Origin: an uncultured Candidatus Saccharibacteria bacterium
GTDB taxonomy: Bacteria; Patescibacteriota; Minisyncoccia; Phycocordibacterales; G965230995
Direction: 5' to 3'
Assembly: GCA_965230995.1 (NCBI GenBank)
Contig: OZ246398.1
Location: 144,227-208,226, forward strand
DNA: 64,000 bases
The notes beneath the pieces were generated by a model. That model saw nothing but the letters and a program-made list of their open reading frames with translations, did no database searches and was not told the origin of the DNA. Shown piece after piece: positions 18,885-28,950 of the stretch; positions within the stretch are counted from its first letter, which is position 1, and each line of letters begins with the position of its first letter. The position numbers were made by a program, and so were the translations under genes.

Positions 18885-19472
18885 ATGAAAAAAACTAGCA
18901 TTTCATTAATCATTGTACTCAGTTTATTGGCTACTCCAGTATTTGTAGGAGCAGAGTCGAGAGAAAATCCAGAAAGAAAAACCGAGATGGAGAGAGAAAG
19001 AGAAGAAGTACAAGAACGATTGCAAGAAAAAAGAACCGAGAAACAAGAAAAAATTGAGGAAAGAAAAGAAAAAAAAGAAACTAAACTGAAAGAAAAAACA
19101 AAAGAGAACGTAGAAAGGATACTGGGCAAATCAAAAGAGAACCTTGAAAAAACAGTCGCTAGATTGGAAAAGCTAGCAGACAAAGTAGAGTCCAGAATAG
19201 AAAAATTTAATGAAAATGGATCAAACGTAGAAGATTCATTAGCTCTCCTTGCGACAGCAAGAGCAGAAATAGAGAAAGCTAAAACAGCCGTAACAGGAAT
19301 AAACCCTGACAACATTGTTTACGGAGAGATTCCAAAAGATGCATATATAGAAATAAAAAAAGAAATCGCTGATGCAAAACTTGCAATAAAAAATTCAAAA
19401 ACAGCACTGACAGAAGTGGTAAAAAGCCTAAAAGCAAATGACGAGGAGGAAAAAACAGAAGAAAACAATTAA
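18885..19472 (+). CDS. Secreted coiled-coil hypothetical protein
   Basis: Signal peptide MKKTSISLIIVLSLL; E/K/R-rich. Confidence 0.75.
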   Translation: MKKTSISLIIVLSLLATPVFVGAESRENPERKTEMEREREEVQERLQEKRTEKQEKIEERKEKKETKLKEKTKENVERILGKSKENLEKTVARLEKLADKVESRIEKFNENGSNVEDSLALLATARAEIEKAKTAVTGINPDNIVYGEIPKDAYIEIKKEIADAKLAIKNSKTALTEVVKSLKANDEEEKTEENN

Positions 19473-19489
19473 GAACATAATCTAAAAAA

Positions 19490-19723
19490 ATGGAAAGCGA
19501 AAAATCATATGGACCAATAATAGGACTAGTCATAATCATCCTCGTTATTGCTCTTGGAAGTGTATATTTCCTACAAAAAAGAGAAGAAGCTCCTACTCCA
19601 AAAATACAGGACACAGAGCAGGTATCTGAAAATGACGACATAGAAACCCTAGAATCAGAAATTGACGCCACTGTTACCGAAGATCTAGATGCAGAAATAG
19701 ACGGACTTGAAGCGCAGTTATAG
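19490..19723 (+). CDS. Small single-TM acidic protein
   Basis: GPIIGLVIIILVIALG TM segment followed by acidic tail. Confidence 0.7.
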   Translation: MESEKSYGPIIGLVIIILVIALGSVYFLQKREEAPTPKIQDTEQVSENDDIETLESEIDATVTEDLDAEIDGLEAQL

Positions 19724-19813
19724 AAGATAGAAAGCGGGCGCCCGCTGGGCGCCCGTTTTTCTTTTCTTGCCATTTTCTCTGTTTTTGTTAGTCTTCGTGT
19801 ATAAAATAAAACT

Positions 19814-20950
19814 ATGACAAACAAAGACACAACAAAGAAAGACGACAAAAAGCATTATCAGAACATCAAGGTTACAAAGCTTCCAAAATCAAAAGTAGAG
19901 ATAGAGGGAGAAATCAGCTCTGAAAAAATGGATTCGGTTTGGAAAAAGGCTGTAGCCAAAGTGAGCGAAAATATAGAATTGCCAGGTTTCCGAAAAGGAA
20001 AAGCACCAGAAAATGTCCTAATCCAAAAAGTCGGAGAAATGCCGATTCTAGAAGAAGCAGGAGAAATTGCTCTCTCCGAAGTTTATGCTGACATATTGAT
20101 TGATCACAGTGTCGATGCAATCGGACGACCACAAGTCTCTATTACAAAACTTGCAAAAGGAAATCCTCTTGGTTTCAAAATTATTACTTCAATCGTACCT
20201 ACAGTAACTCTCAAGGACTACAAAAAAGAAGTCGAAAAAATTGCAAAAGAAAAAGATGATGTAAATGCAACCGACGAGGACGTAAACAAAGTCATAGACA
20301 GTATTCAAAACAACAGAAAGCAAATCGAAAGACAAAAATTAGAAAAAGAAGCAAAGGAAAAAGGAGATAGTGCAGAAATAAAAGACGAGGATATTACCGT
20401 TCCGGCTTTTGATGATGACTTTGTAAAAACACTTGGCGACTTTAAAGACGTTGCTGATTTCAGAGAAAAAATTCTTGCAAACATAAAAAAAGAAAAAGAA
20501 CGCGAAGCAAAAGATAAAAAGCGATCAAAAATAATAGACGTTCTCGTCGAAAAAACAGAAGTCGATATGCCAGATATTCTAATTGAAAGTGAAATGGAAA
20601 AAATGATGGCGCAATTTTCTGACGACCTTGCTAGAGCGAGAATTACAATGGAAGATTATCTAAAACAAATCGGCAAGACAATTGAAGACATCAAAAAGGA
20701 ATGGCTTCCAAGCGCAGAGAAAAGAGTCAAAGTCCAGCTCGCACTAAACAAAGTAGCCGAAGAAGAAAAAATAAAACCAACAGAAGAAGACATCAAAAAA
20801 GAAGTCGCTCATCTAACATCACATTACAAAGATGCAGATCCAATAAGGGCAAGAATGTATATTGAATCTGTGCTCGTAAATGAAATGGTATTGCGAAATC
20901 TTGCCGGAGAATCAATGGAAGATATCAAAACTCACGATCACGATCATTAA
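19814..20950 (+). CDS. tig: Trigger factor (apparently lacking the central FKBP domain)
   Basis: PGFRKGKAP signature; C-terminal chaperone domain; 378 aa. Confidence 0.92.
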   Translation: MTNKDTTKKDDKKHYQNIKVTKLPKSKVEIEGEISSEKMDSVWKKAVAKVSENIELPGFRKGKAPENVLIQKVGEMPILEEAGEIALSEVYADILIDHSVDAIGRPQVSITKLAKGNPLGFKIITSIVPTVTLKDYKKEVEKIAKEKDDVNATDEDVNKVIDSIQNNRKQIERQKLEKEAKEKGDSAEIKDEDITVPAFDDDFVKTLGDFKDVADFREKILANIKKEKEREAKDKKRSKIIDVLVEKTEVDMPDILIESEMEKMMAQFSDDLARARITMEDYLKQIGKTIEDIKKEWLPSAEKRVKVQLALNKVAEEEKIKPTEEDIKKEVAHLTSHYKDADPIRARMYIESVLVNEMVLRNLAGESMEDIKTHDHDH

Positions 20951-20977
20951 GAAAGCGGGCCCTTTGGCCCGCCTCTG

Positions 20978-21337
20978 CTACCCCCTTCCTGCCCATTTGT
21001 TGTTTAAAGTGATTACGTACCACTCCTCGAAACGATCGAGGGCAACTTTCAGCATAGGGAACTGTTCTCCATGCCTCAGGCATTGCTGGTACCGCACCCA
21101 AACTTCTGAAAGATCAATCTCTCCTCTAGTGTATTCCCCGATGGAGCTACACAGACTGGAGATTTCTTTCCTCAGGTCTTTCCTCTTGTCGATAAGCCTC
21201 CCGTGGCTCCGCTCCAGTTCGTCCATTGCATTCCAAAAATGACGCTGAGCTTCAGATTGGAAGAACTTCACCATTGCAAAAACAATCACAATGACCATGA
21301 GAAATAGCGTGGCTTTTTCAAACAAAAAGGCAACCAT
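20978..21337 (-). CDS. Orphan protein with N-terminal TM segment
   Basis: GAGGTGG upstream of ATG; GC-richer codons; terminator hairpin at ~20953-20974. Confidence 0.65.
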   Translation of the reverse strand: MVAFLFEKATLFLMVIVIVFAMVKFFQSEAQRHFWNAMDELERSHGRLIDKRKDLRKEISSLCSSIGEYTRGEIDLSEVWVRYQQCLRHGEQFPMLKVALDRFEEWYVITLNNKWAGRG

Positions 21338-21357
21338 ATGCCACCTCGCTTTCTCGG

Positions 21358-22044
21358 CTAGTCTAACAGAAGAACAGACGAAATTGCAATAGACGCTGTT
21401 TCGGCACGCAAAACTTGTTTGCCCAAAGAAACTATTTTTATATTTTTTCTTTTCAAGATATTTAAATCATTTTGATCAAACCCCCCTTCTGGTCCTATTA
21501 TCACCGAAACATCTTTTTGGTTTTTTATTTCTGTTTTTTGTATTTCTTCACCATTCATATCCAAAGCAAAAATATTTTCTGGCACTTCTTCGATTGAAAT
21601 TGTTTCTCCGAGCAAAAGCAAATTCCCCCGCTCTGATTGTTCAGAAGCTTCTTTGATTATTTTTTCCAATCTTTCTTTTTTGAAATTTTGTTTTTCTGTT
21701 CTGTTTGAAATAACAGGGACGATTTTTGTCACACCCAATTCAGTTGCTTTTTCACAAACTGTTTCAAATTTATCTTTCTTTGGAATACACACAAACAAAG
21801 TGACTTTTTTTGTTGGCAAGAAAACAGAAACAGGAACGGCAGAAACGTCAAAAGAAACTTCGTCTTTTCCGAAACTTGCGACTGTAGCCTCGAGAGCCTG
21901 ACCATTTTTATCGAGCAAACCAACTTTATCGCCTGCTTTCATGCGAAAAACTTTCCTTATCTGATGCGTTAGTTCTTTATCTGAAACATTCAAACTTTCA
22001 CCTGCTACTATTTTTTCATTTATAAAAAATCTTTGTAATTTCAT
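21358..22044 (-). CDS. rsmE: 16S rRNA m3U1498 methyltransferase
   Basis: EKATELGV, EASEQSER, IGPEGGF and LRAETA motifs. Confidence 0.95.
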   Translation of the reverse strand: MKLQRFFINEKIVAGESLNVSDKELTHQIRKVFRMKAGDKVGLLDKNGQALEATVASFGKDEVSFDVSAVPVSVFLPTKKVTLFVCIPKKDKFETVCEKATELGVTKIVPVISNRTEKQNFKKERLEKIIKEASEQSERGNLLLLGETISIEEVPENIFALDMNGEEIQKTEIKNQKDVSVIIGPEGGFDQNDLNILKRKNIKIVSLGKQVLRAETASIAISSVLLLD

Positions 22045-22097
22045 ACTTCAAATATATAGAGCGAAGCCACTGCACGCAAGCGCGCAGTGGCTCGTCC

Positions 22098-22292
22098 CTA
22101 GAAACATGATGAGACTGCCTTCTCCAAGCCGGCAATCATCTTTGTTATGCGTCCGGGGATACGAACTCTATATGTGACGAGAACCTTGTGGGCATTAATC
22201 AAGTCCTGTTCGAGCGTTTCTGTGTACACAGGGATACTGACCCCGTATGTTTCCGCAGTTGAGCGAAAGTACTTCCACAATTCTTGATCCAT
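22098..22292 (-). CDS. Small orphan protein
   Basis: GGAG SD upstream; GC-rich hairpin directly downstream. Confidence 0.6.
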   Translation of the reverse strand: MDQELWKYFRSTAETYGVSIPVYTETLEQDLINAHKVLVTYRVRIPGRITKMIAGLEKAVSSCF

Positions 22293-22471
22293 AAGGTCTC
22301 CGAAGAGGTGAGAATGTTCAAAAAAGAGCCCAAAGCCTCTAATATTTTATCTTTTATCATTATCTTTTTCACCATTGCCATATCCCCAAAAATACGTACA
22401 ATGTTTGGAGCCACAAAACGTGGCGTGGTCGATCTTTAACAGAAAAAGCCTTTATTTGGCTTGTTAATTAC

Positions 22472-22810
22472 GTGAACATCATGCTTATATTTTTTATAGG
22501 CATGGCCGAAATGATGGTAACTACACTGTGGACAAAATACGTTTCAGAGAGAAAGATTGTCGCGAGCACTTTTGTGACGATGATCAATATCTTTATGTGG
22601 TATTTCGTTCTTAGCGTTATTATCAAAGACATTAACAACACAGCGATTATCTTTTTGTACGCTCTAGGATGCGGAGCAGGAACAATGGTTTCCCTCGCCC
22701 TCCCAGAACTCACAAAGCGATTTCGCAAGGTCATGCGAACAAGAAAAAAAGTCGCGACTCGGAACACGCCGATAACCCGCGCAACCCACATATATGCAAT
22801 ACACAAGTGA
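22472..22810 (+). CDS. Small membrane protein (DUF5698/DUF2179-like)
   Basis: Three TM segments; YALGCGAGTMVSL motif. Confidence 0.6.
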   Translation: MNIMLIFFIGMAEMMVTTLWTKYVSERKIVASTFVTMINIFMWYFVLSVIIKDINNTAIIFLYALGCGAGTMVSLALPELTKRFRKVMRTRKKVATRNTPITRATHIYAIHK

Positions 22811-22822
22811 AGATCCACTGAG

Positions 22823-22877
22823 TATCAACTGAAAACCGCCTCGTTTTACAAAAAACTTAGGCGGTTTTCAGTTGGTA
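22823..22877. terminator. Long inverted repeat, probable bidirectional terminator
   Basis: 19-bp arms with one mismatch between convergent genes. Confidence 0.65.
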
Positions 22878-22900
22878 TCTTTCACAAATTATTATTAAAA

Positions 22901-23416
22901 TCACAGAAATCTTAAATAATAATATAGCGCCACTACAGCAATAACCATCAACAAAACTAAGAGATTATCTCTTATTCTTTTATTTTTTTCTGTTTCAGTT
23001 GGTAAAATAGCATTATCTATAATTTGAGGCTTTCCAAACAAAAGCCCGCCGACGGCAGACAAAAGAACGATAACATATGGTACAGAGAATAAGACCAGAC
23101 CAAATATATCACCAAATGATTCAGAATGTGGTATTTCATAATTGAACATATTTTTTACCGCAGAAAAAGCAAACCAGATAATTATAAATTGTGCAAAAGA
23201 TGAAACGGTAAAATAATTTGAACCCAAAACTTTTTTCTTTTTGGCTATAAATTTTATTATTACAAACAACATCACCACAAAAATACTAAACACCAAACCA
23301 AAAACAGAAAAATCCTTATCTCCTATCACGAAAGCAAGACCGTGCGCAATAGCTAAAACAAAATAAGAGACGACAGTAATAAATATTATTAACTCATTAA
23401 AACTAGATTTTTTCAT
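22901..23416 (-). CDS. Hypothetical membrane protein
   Basis: Five hydrophobic segments. Confidence 0.7.
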   Translation of the reverse strand: MKKSSFNELIIFITVVSYFVLAIAHGLAFVIGDKDFSVFGLVFSIFVVMLFVIIKFIAKKKKVLGSNYFTVSSFAQFIIIWFAFSAVKNMFNYEIPHSESFGDIFGLVLFSVPYVIVLLSAVGGLLFGKPQIIDNAILPTETEKNKRIRDNLLVLLMVIAVVALYYYLRFL

Positions 23417-23500
23417 AAAAGATATTATAGCATAGCATTTTTTCTTTACATCTCCCCTTTTTATCTATATCGTATAGTCATTAATCTTTAAAAGAAAACA

Positions 23501-24085
23501 ATGTTAATTCCAACAGTAATAGAAAAATCACAATTTGGTGAAAGAGCCTATGATATCTATTCGAGACTCCTACGAGAGCGAATAGTTTTTCTCGGCGGAC
23601 CAATCAATGACGACGTTGCGAATATTATAATCGCACAGCTTCTCTTTCTCACATCCGAGGATCCAAAGAAAGACATTTCTCTGTACATAAATTCACCGGG
23701 CGGATCAGTTTCTGCTGGGCTTGCGATAGTAGACACAATGAATCACATCAAGCCAAAAGTTTCGACAGTATGTGTCGGTATTGCCGCTTCGATGGGTGCA
23801 GTCATTCTTTCAGCCGGAGAAAAAGGTATGCGATTTGCACTACCTAATTCCGAAGTTATGATTCACCAACCGCTCGGTGGTGTCGAAGGTCAAGCAACTG
23901 ACATTGAGATCACAGCGAAACATATTATAAAAACAAGAGAGAGATTAAATAAAATACTTGCAAAAAATACCGGCAAGACCCTACCGCAAATTGACAAAGA
24001 TGTAGACCGAGACTTTTTTATGGATGCAGAAGAAGCAAAAAAATACGGCATCATCGACAAAGTCCTCAGCGGAAAAGAAAAATAA
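23501..24085 (+). CDS. clpP: ATP-dependent Clp protease proteolytic subunit
   Basis: [20 protein letters not shown] and MIHQP motifs. Confidence 0.98.
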   Translation: MLIPTVIEKSQFGERAYDIYSRLLRERIVFLGGPINDDVANIIIAQLLFLTSEDPKKDISLYINSPGGSVSAGLAIVDTMNHIKPKVSTVCVGIAASMGAVILSAGEKGMRFALPNSEVMIHQPLGGVEGQATDIEITAKHIIKTRERLNKILAKNTGKTLPQIDKDVDRDFFMDAEEAKKYGIIDKVLSGKEK

Positions 24086-24356
24086 AAAAAGCCCCACAAA
24101 TAGCCCCGCCTCTGGCGGGGCTTTAACATTTTTGTGAAAAAAATCTGTAAGCTTTACAAATGGCGAGTTTTCTTATACTATGCGTATATTAGCCATTTTA
24201 CATTTAGTGTCGCTTTTTGACTCTCCGCACGACAGAAACTTCAGCCACTACCGAGGCTAATTGCACCAAATTATGTTTTCTATAAAAACTCAAACGTCTA
24301 ATAGATCACCCTATTTTGGCGCTTAAAAAAGCCAAAAAGCGATTTTATTCGCACAT

Positions 24357-25886
24357 ATGTCAATAAAGATAGTATTACTGCTTGCTGGTTTTGCCGGCCT
24401 AGTGGGTACTGCCTTTGGTTATTTCTTGCGATGGATCATTTCACTCGGACAAAAAGGTTCGATGGAACTCGAGATCAAGCAAATGATGCTCGAAGCAAAA
24501 GACGAAGCAAAGAAAATAATTGATGGAGCAGAAGCCAAAGCAGAAGAAACATTAAAAGAAGCTAGAAAAGAAGCCAAAGAGAAGGATGAACAGAACAAGA
24601 AGAACGAAGATCGTTTAATTAAAAGAGAGGAATTTCTCGACGAACGACAGCGAGATATAGATCGTGATGCCGAAGAATTAAAGAAAAAGATTGTCGAAGT
24701 AAAGACAATAAAAGAAAAGGTAGACAAAATGGAGGCGGACAAAAAATCCGAACTCGAAAAAATTGCTGGTCTATCTAGCGAAGACGCAAAGAATATCCTC
24801 GTAAAGAAAATCGAAGAAGAATCCGAGGAAGATTTGATGGTTAGATTGCAAAAACTGGATATTGCAGGCGAAGAAAGAGTTGAAAAGAAAGCTCAAGAAA
24901 TTCTCGCTCTCTCAATCCAAAGACTTGCAAACTCTGTTGCATCCGATGCTATGTCTACTATCGTGTCTATTCCTTCTGACGAAATAAAGGGAAAGATTAT
25001 CGGAAAGGAAGGACGAAATATCAAAGCATTTGAACGTGCAACTGGAGTCGAAGTCATTGTCGATGATACTCCAGGTACAATTACAATCTCTTCTTTTGAT
25101 CCTGTACGAAGGCAGGTCGCAAAAACAGCTCTCGAAGAATTAATCCGAGACGGCAGAATACAGCCAGTTAGAATCGAAGAAATTGCAGAAAAAGCAAAAC
25201 AAGAAATAAATAAGATTATAAAAGAGAAAGGAGAAGCTGCTGTTTATGAATGTGGAATACTCAATCTCGATCCTCGCATAATCTCAATACTTGGACGATT
25301 ACATTTCAGAACAAGCTACGGACAAAATGTTTTGCAACACTCTATCGAGATGTCACACATAGCCGGAATGATTGCAACAGAAATCGGCGCAAACGTAATG
25401 GTGGCAAAAGCTGGTGCCCTGCTTCACGATATAGGTAAAGCCCTAGACCACGAAGTAACAGGAACACACGTTGAAATCGGAAGAAGAATACTTCAAAAAT
25501 TCGGTGCAAAAGAAGAAATCATAAGGGCAATGGAAGCACACCACGAAGAATACCCATATAGCACAATTGAATCTAGAATCGTTCAGGCAGCTGATGCAAT
25601 ATCTGGTTCAAGACCAGGAGCGCGAAGGGACAGTGTAGAAAATTATCTAAAGAGACTCGAAGAATTGGAAGCGGTTGCTACATCATTTAAAGGAGTCGAT
25701 AAAGCATACGCTTTGCAAGCAGGTCGTGAGATACGAATATTCGTAACTCCAAGCGAATTAAATGACATTGAATCAAGAAAACTCGCACGAGAGATCGCTC
25801 TCAGAATTGAAGCAGAATTAAAATATCCTGGTGAAATAAAAGTAAACGTCATAAGAGAAACAAGATCAATAGAATACGCGAGATAA
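24357..25886 (+). CDS. rny: Ribonuclease Y
   Basis: N-terminal TM, coiled coil, KH (KGKIIGKEGRNI) and HD (LLHDIGK) domains. Confidence 0.97.
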   Translation: MSIKIVLLLAGFAGLVGTAFGYFLRWIISLGQKGSMELEIKQMMLEAKDEAKKIIDGAEAKAEETLKEARKEAKEKDEQNKKNEDRLIKREEFLDERQRDIDRDAEELKKKIVEVKTIKEKVDKMEADKKSELEKIAGLSSEDAKNILVKKIEEESEEDLMVRLQKLDIAGEERVEKKAQEILALSIQRLANSVASDAMSTIVSIPSDEIKGKIIGKEGRNIKAFERATGVEVIVDDTPGTITISSFDPVRRQVAKTALEELIRDGRIQPVRIEEIAEKAKQEINKIIKEKGEAAVYECGILNLDPRIISILGRLHFRTSYGQNVLQHSIEMSHIAGMIATEIGANVMVAKAGALLHDIGKALDHEVTGTHVEIGRRILQKFGAKEEIIRAMEAHHEEYPYSTIESRIVQAADAISGSRPGARRDSVENYLKRLEELEAVATSFKGVDKAYALQAGREIRIFVTPSELNDIESRKLAREIALRIEAELKYPGEIKVNVIRETRSIEYAR

Positions 25887-25887
25887 T

Positions 25888-25922
25888 AAAAACAAAAAAT
25901 GCCGAAAGGCATTTTTTGTTTT
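25888..25922 (+). terminator. Intrinsic terminator after rny
   Basis: Hairpin with GAAA loop and T tail. Confidence 0.8.
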
Positions 25923-26108
25923 AACGGCTTTATAGAGCCATCAGAAAATATGACACATTTATTTTTTTTGTAAAATACATATCGTTATTTAAAGCCCTAT
26001 TTTGCCCTTGCACCAAAAAAGCGTTGATATATAATGGTATAAGGACGAAAAAGACAGAAGCATATCTATGCGGAAGTCAAAATTATTAAGTAATAGATAA
26101 CTATTCAT

Positions 26109-26381
26109 ATGAATAAGGTAGCATTAGTTGAGGCAGTGCACGAAGTAGTAGGCGGAACAAAAGTTCAAGCTGAGCAAGTAGTGGACAAAGTTATCGACTC
26201 AATAGTCGCAACTCTAAAGAAAGGAGAGGAAGTTTCAATCGCAGGTCTTGGAATCTTTTCAGTAAAGACAAGAGCAGCAAGAACAGCTCGAAACCCACGA
26301 ACAGGAGAAATGGTTCAAGTTCCTTCAATGAAAGTTCCAAAGTTCCGAGCAGCAAAAGCTCTAAAGGATGCCGTAAAATAG
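26109..26381 (+). CDS. hup: HU family DNA-binding protein
   Basis: MNKVALV and RAARTARNPRTGE motifs. Confidence 0.95.
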   Translation: MNKVALVEAVHEVVGGTKVQAEQVVDKVIDSIVATLKKGEEVSIAGLGIFSVKTRAARTARNPRTGEMVQVPSMKVPKFRAAKALKDAVK

Positions 26382-26435
26382 TATTCCAACCACTATTTAA
26401 AACAAAAAAACCGCGTTAGCGGTTTTTTTGTTTTA

Positions 26436-26619
26436 GTGCGGGTGGGGAGAATCGACCCTCACAGGGTCAGTACCCCGATTGGATTTTTCTGTTCGTTTCA
26501 CTCCAGAAAAATGCTCAATCGGGCTTCGATTCTCCCACACAAGGTCTCCCAGACCTTGCTCATACCCGTATAGACATAAACAAAAGCCGTCCAAGAAGAG
26601 GACGGCTTTTGTTTATGTT
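26436..26619. mobile_element. tRNA-Gly-associated miniature palindromic element (copy 1), bounded by a duplicate of the tRNA 3' end
   Basis: GTGCGGGTGGGGAGAATCGA at 26436 and 26620; 63-bp core 26467..26529 identical to 28977..29039; mobility is inferred. Confidence 0.6.
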
Positions 26620-26620
26620 G

Positions 26621-26691
26621 TGCGGGTGGGGAGAATCGAACTCCCGTTTACACATTGGAAGTGTGTCATTCTACCACTAAACTACACCCGC
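26621..26691 (-). tRNA. tRNA-Gly(TCC)
   Basis: Cloverleaf GCGGGTG/CACCCGC; anticodon arm ACACA-CTTCCAA-TGTGT; GTTCGATTC; CCA not encoded. Confidence 0.95.
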
Positions 26692-26735
26692 AGACTCAAA
26701 TAATATATCACAAAACTATATTTTGCCAAGCAGTT

Positions 26736-27050
26736 TTATTTATCTTTAATTGGCAATTTGCTCACTTTTATTACTTCACTAAAATCGTCTTTTTCAGAGA
26801 CACCGTTCTTTATTCGATAACCACATTTAATGCATTCGTGCAAAATTACATCTTTGCCTTTTTGTTTTAAAACTCCAATTGGTTTCATTGCTCCTTTGCA
26901 TGGCTCGAGTCTATCTCCCGGAAAAATATCGACATGCTTGCTCCACAAACATTTTGGACAATGATTAGTAAAACCATCACCAACAACGGATGTCTGACAT
27001 TGATCACAAATAAAATCTTCTTTTCTTTTTTGAAACTTTTTTACGTTCAT
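26736..27050 (-). CDS. RNHCP domain zinc-binding protein
   Basis: CDQC..TNHCPKCLWSKHVD..PGDR..C motif. Confidence 0.88.
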   Translation of the reverse strand: MNVKKFQKRKEDFICDQCQTSVVGDGFTNHCPKCLWSKHVDIFPGDRLEPCKGAMKPIGVLKQKGKDVILHECIKCGYRIKNGVSEKDDFSEVIKVSKLPIKDK

Positions 27051-27063
27051 TAGGTATGTGTAA

Positions 27064-28077
27064 TTAGAGAACTTTGACAATAACGTCCTTCAAATATCCA
27101 TTTTGAAAATTTGTTTTTTCTCCTATCTTTGCAACTCCATCCGAGACAAATCTTACAGAAAGAGGCTTGCTGTATTTATTACTAAGCTGTTGTATTAGTT
27201 TCAATATTTCAACTACCCTCTTTTTATCTTGATCAATTGCAATAGGATAAGTATCAATACCTAACCCTGAATGTAAACTCAAAAATATGTTTCTTTCAAT
27301 ACTAAAGTTTCCTTTTTCATATTCATCGGCTAATTCAAAATCTTCGAGACACGGAAACATAAGCCCGCAGAGGCCAACGGGGTTTGGGTTTTCACTCTTG
27401 ATAAATTTAGAAATAGTTGTATATGTATCTGTTGTAACAGAGTGATTAAAATCTAGCCCAATTCTTTTTATAAAATTAACTAAACTGCTTGAACCACTAA
27501 AAAGCGGAGCAATTGAAGAGTCTATTCCTAGATAACCATCTATATTTTTTAACAACAAATCAAGTTCTATCCAAACTTTTTTCATTTCCTCCAACCACTC
27601 ATTTAGATTTTTGCTTTCTTCTGATAAATCAGTCGGCTGTAAACCAACAGAAAAACCTTTCTGTTTAAATTTAGCAGATGGAAAATATGGACTTGAAAAT
27701 GGAGTATTGAATCCATAGGTAAAACGAAAAGTATTCTCAGGCTTTTTGTTTATAATTTTAAAAAGGACGTCAACATGTTTTTCAGAAATTTCCTCCTTTG
27801 TTAAATCAAGACTAATCGATTTGTTGTCAGATACTAAAAAGTCTGCAAGATTTTTATCTATCTTATCAAAACTTTGCTCTCCTAGGGACAACAAGATATT
27901 TTTATCTGTAAGCTCATTCTTATCAAAAACAGTATTGTATTCTGGCAGGCAAATTCTTCTAGTTTGTAAAGTAAAACCGTTATCTCTAAGGACACTGGAG
28001 ATCATCTCAATTTTTTTAATTTCATCTGGAGTAACCCTATCCGAGAAAAGACAAACTGTGCGAACTATTTTTTTCAT
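27064..28077 (-). CDS. DUF711 family protein
   Basis: QTRRI, SPYFP, GIDSSIAP, GLCGLMFPCLED and GLGIDTYPI motifs. Confidence 0.75.
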   Translation of the reverse strand: MKKIVRTVCLFSDRVTPDEIKKIEMISSVLRDNGFTLQTRRICLPEYNTVFDKNELTDKNILLSLGEQSFDKIDKNLADFLVSDNKSISLDLTKEEISEKHVDVLFKIINKKPENTFRFTYGFNTPFSSPYFPSAKFKQKGFSVGLQPTDLSEESKNLNEWLEEMKKVWIELDLLLKNIDGYLGIDSSIAPLFSGSSSLVNFIKRIGLDFNHSVTTDTYTTISKFIKSENPNPVGLCGLMFPCLEDFELADEYEKGNFSIERNIFLSLHSGLGIDTYPIAIDQDKKRVVEILKLIQQLSNKYSKPLSVRFVSDGVAKIGEKTNFQNGYLKDVIVKVL

Positions 28078-28124
28078 ATTTAGTTGATTTAGTTATGAAT
28101 ACTTGAAGCAATATAAAACCACTA

Positions 28125-28447
28125 TTACTCACAGCTTAACACTTCCCTAATCATTTCCTCAAGTAACTCTTGATTATCTATAAGCTCGTCCGGAACCTGC
28201 CAATAGTTCATATGCACAGTCTTCCCATTAGACTTTTTATAATCGAATTTTCTCCAGCCAAGTGACGTGAGTTTTTTGCCACCTTTCCTTTTGCTTTTAA
28301 ATACAGTTGATTACCAATAATTGCCGAAAATGGAATTTTGTTCGAATAAATACACCAACCACTCATCATCGGCCTAGAAGAAATATCTGGGAGCCTGTTC
28401 ATGAGATCATAGACAATAAAATCGTGGTAGGAAGTGTCTTTTTTCAT
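28125..28447 (-). pseudogene. TfoX N-terminal-domain family gene with a frameshift in an A6 run
   Basis: SRPMMSGWCIY..QLYLKA, then the shifted frame gives KFDYKKSNGKTVHMNYWQVPDELID to a stop at 28125; slip at 28272-28277. Confidence 0.75.
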
Positions 28448-28453
28448 ACTAGA

Positions 28454-28915
28454 TTATTTTGATATATTCTTCTCCCATTCAGAAACAATTTCTAGCGAAG
28501 CATTTTCAAATTCTGGTATCTGAACAATTTCAATTTTTCTCAAAAAAGTATCTACCACATCAGAAGTCTTGTAATTTCCTCCATAATATTCTGCGGACAC
28601 TTTTTCTTTACCGCATGCATAAACTATTTTTGAAACACTTGCCCACATTGATGCTGTTAAACACATCATACATGGCTCGAGCGAAGAGTATATGATTGCC
28701 CCTTCCAAAATTTTACTATTAGTGTTTTTACACGCCCCACGTATTGCGTCTACCTCTCCATGGCTTGTTGGGTCGTGAATAATATTTCCAATACTTACAC
28801 CTTTTGAGATAATTTTCCCTTCTTTAACAATTATTGTTCCAGCAGGAAAACCTCCCTGGCTAACAGATTCTTTTGCTTGATTTATTGCCTGAATGAGAAA
28901 ATCTTTGTCATCCAT
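28454..28915 (-). CDS. Nucleoside/guanine deaminase (CDA-fold)
   Basis: DPTSHGEVDAIR and EPCMMC zinc motifs. Confidence 0.9.
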   Translation of the reverse strand: MDDKDFLIQAINQAKESVSQGGFPAGTIIVKEGKIISKGVSIGNIIHDPTSHGEVDAIRGACKNTNSKILEGAIIYSSLEPCMMCLTASMWASVSKIVYACGKEKVSAEYYGGNYKTSDVVDTFLRKIEIVQIPEFENASLEIVSEWEKNISK

Positions 28916-28950
28916 AACGAATGTTTTAATCTAAAAGGAATTTTTGCCTT

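Noticed and set aside
22823-22877. attC-like site
   Set aside because: The ends fit RYYYAAC/GTTRRRY poorly, it is single-copy, and its position between convergent genes fits a terminator.
26479-26703. ORFs MDFSVRFTPEKCSIGLR.. at 26479 and 28989
   Set aside because: They are translations of the shared non-coding core running antisense into tRNA genes, with TTG starts and no coding features.
28454-28915. tadA (tRNA adenosine deaminase) or anti-phage deaminase call
   Set aside because: It has only the generic HxE/PCxxC motifs, more like guanine deaminase; no defence-system partners are adjacent.
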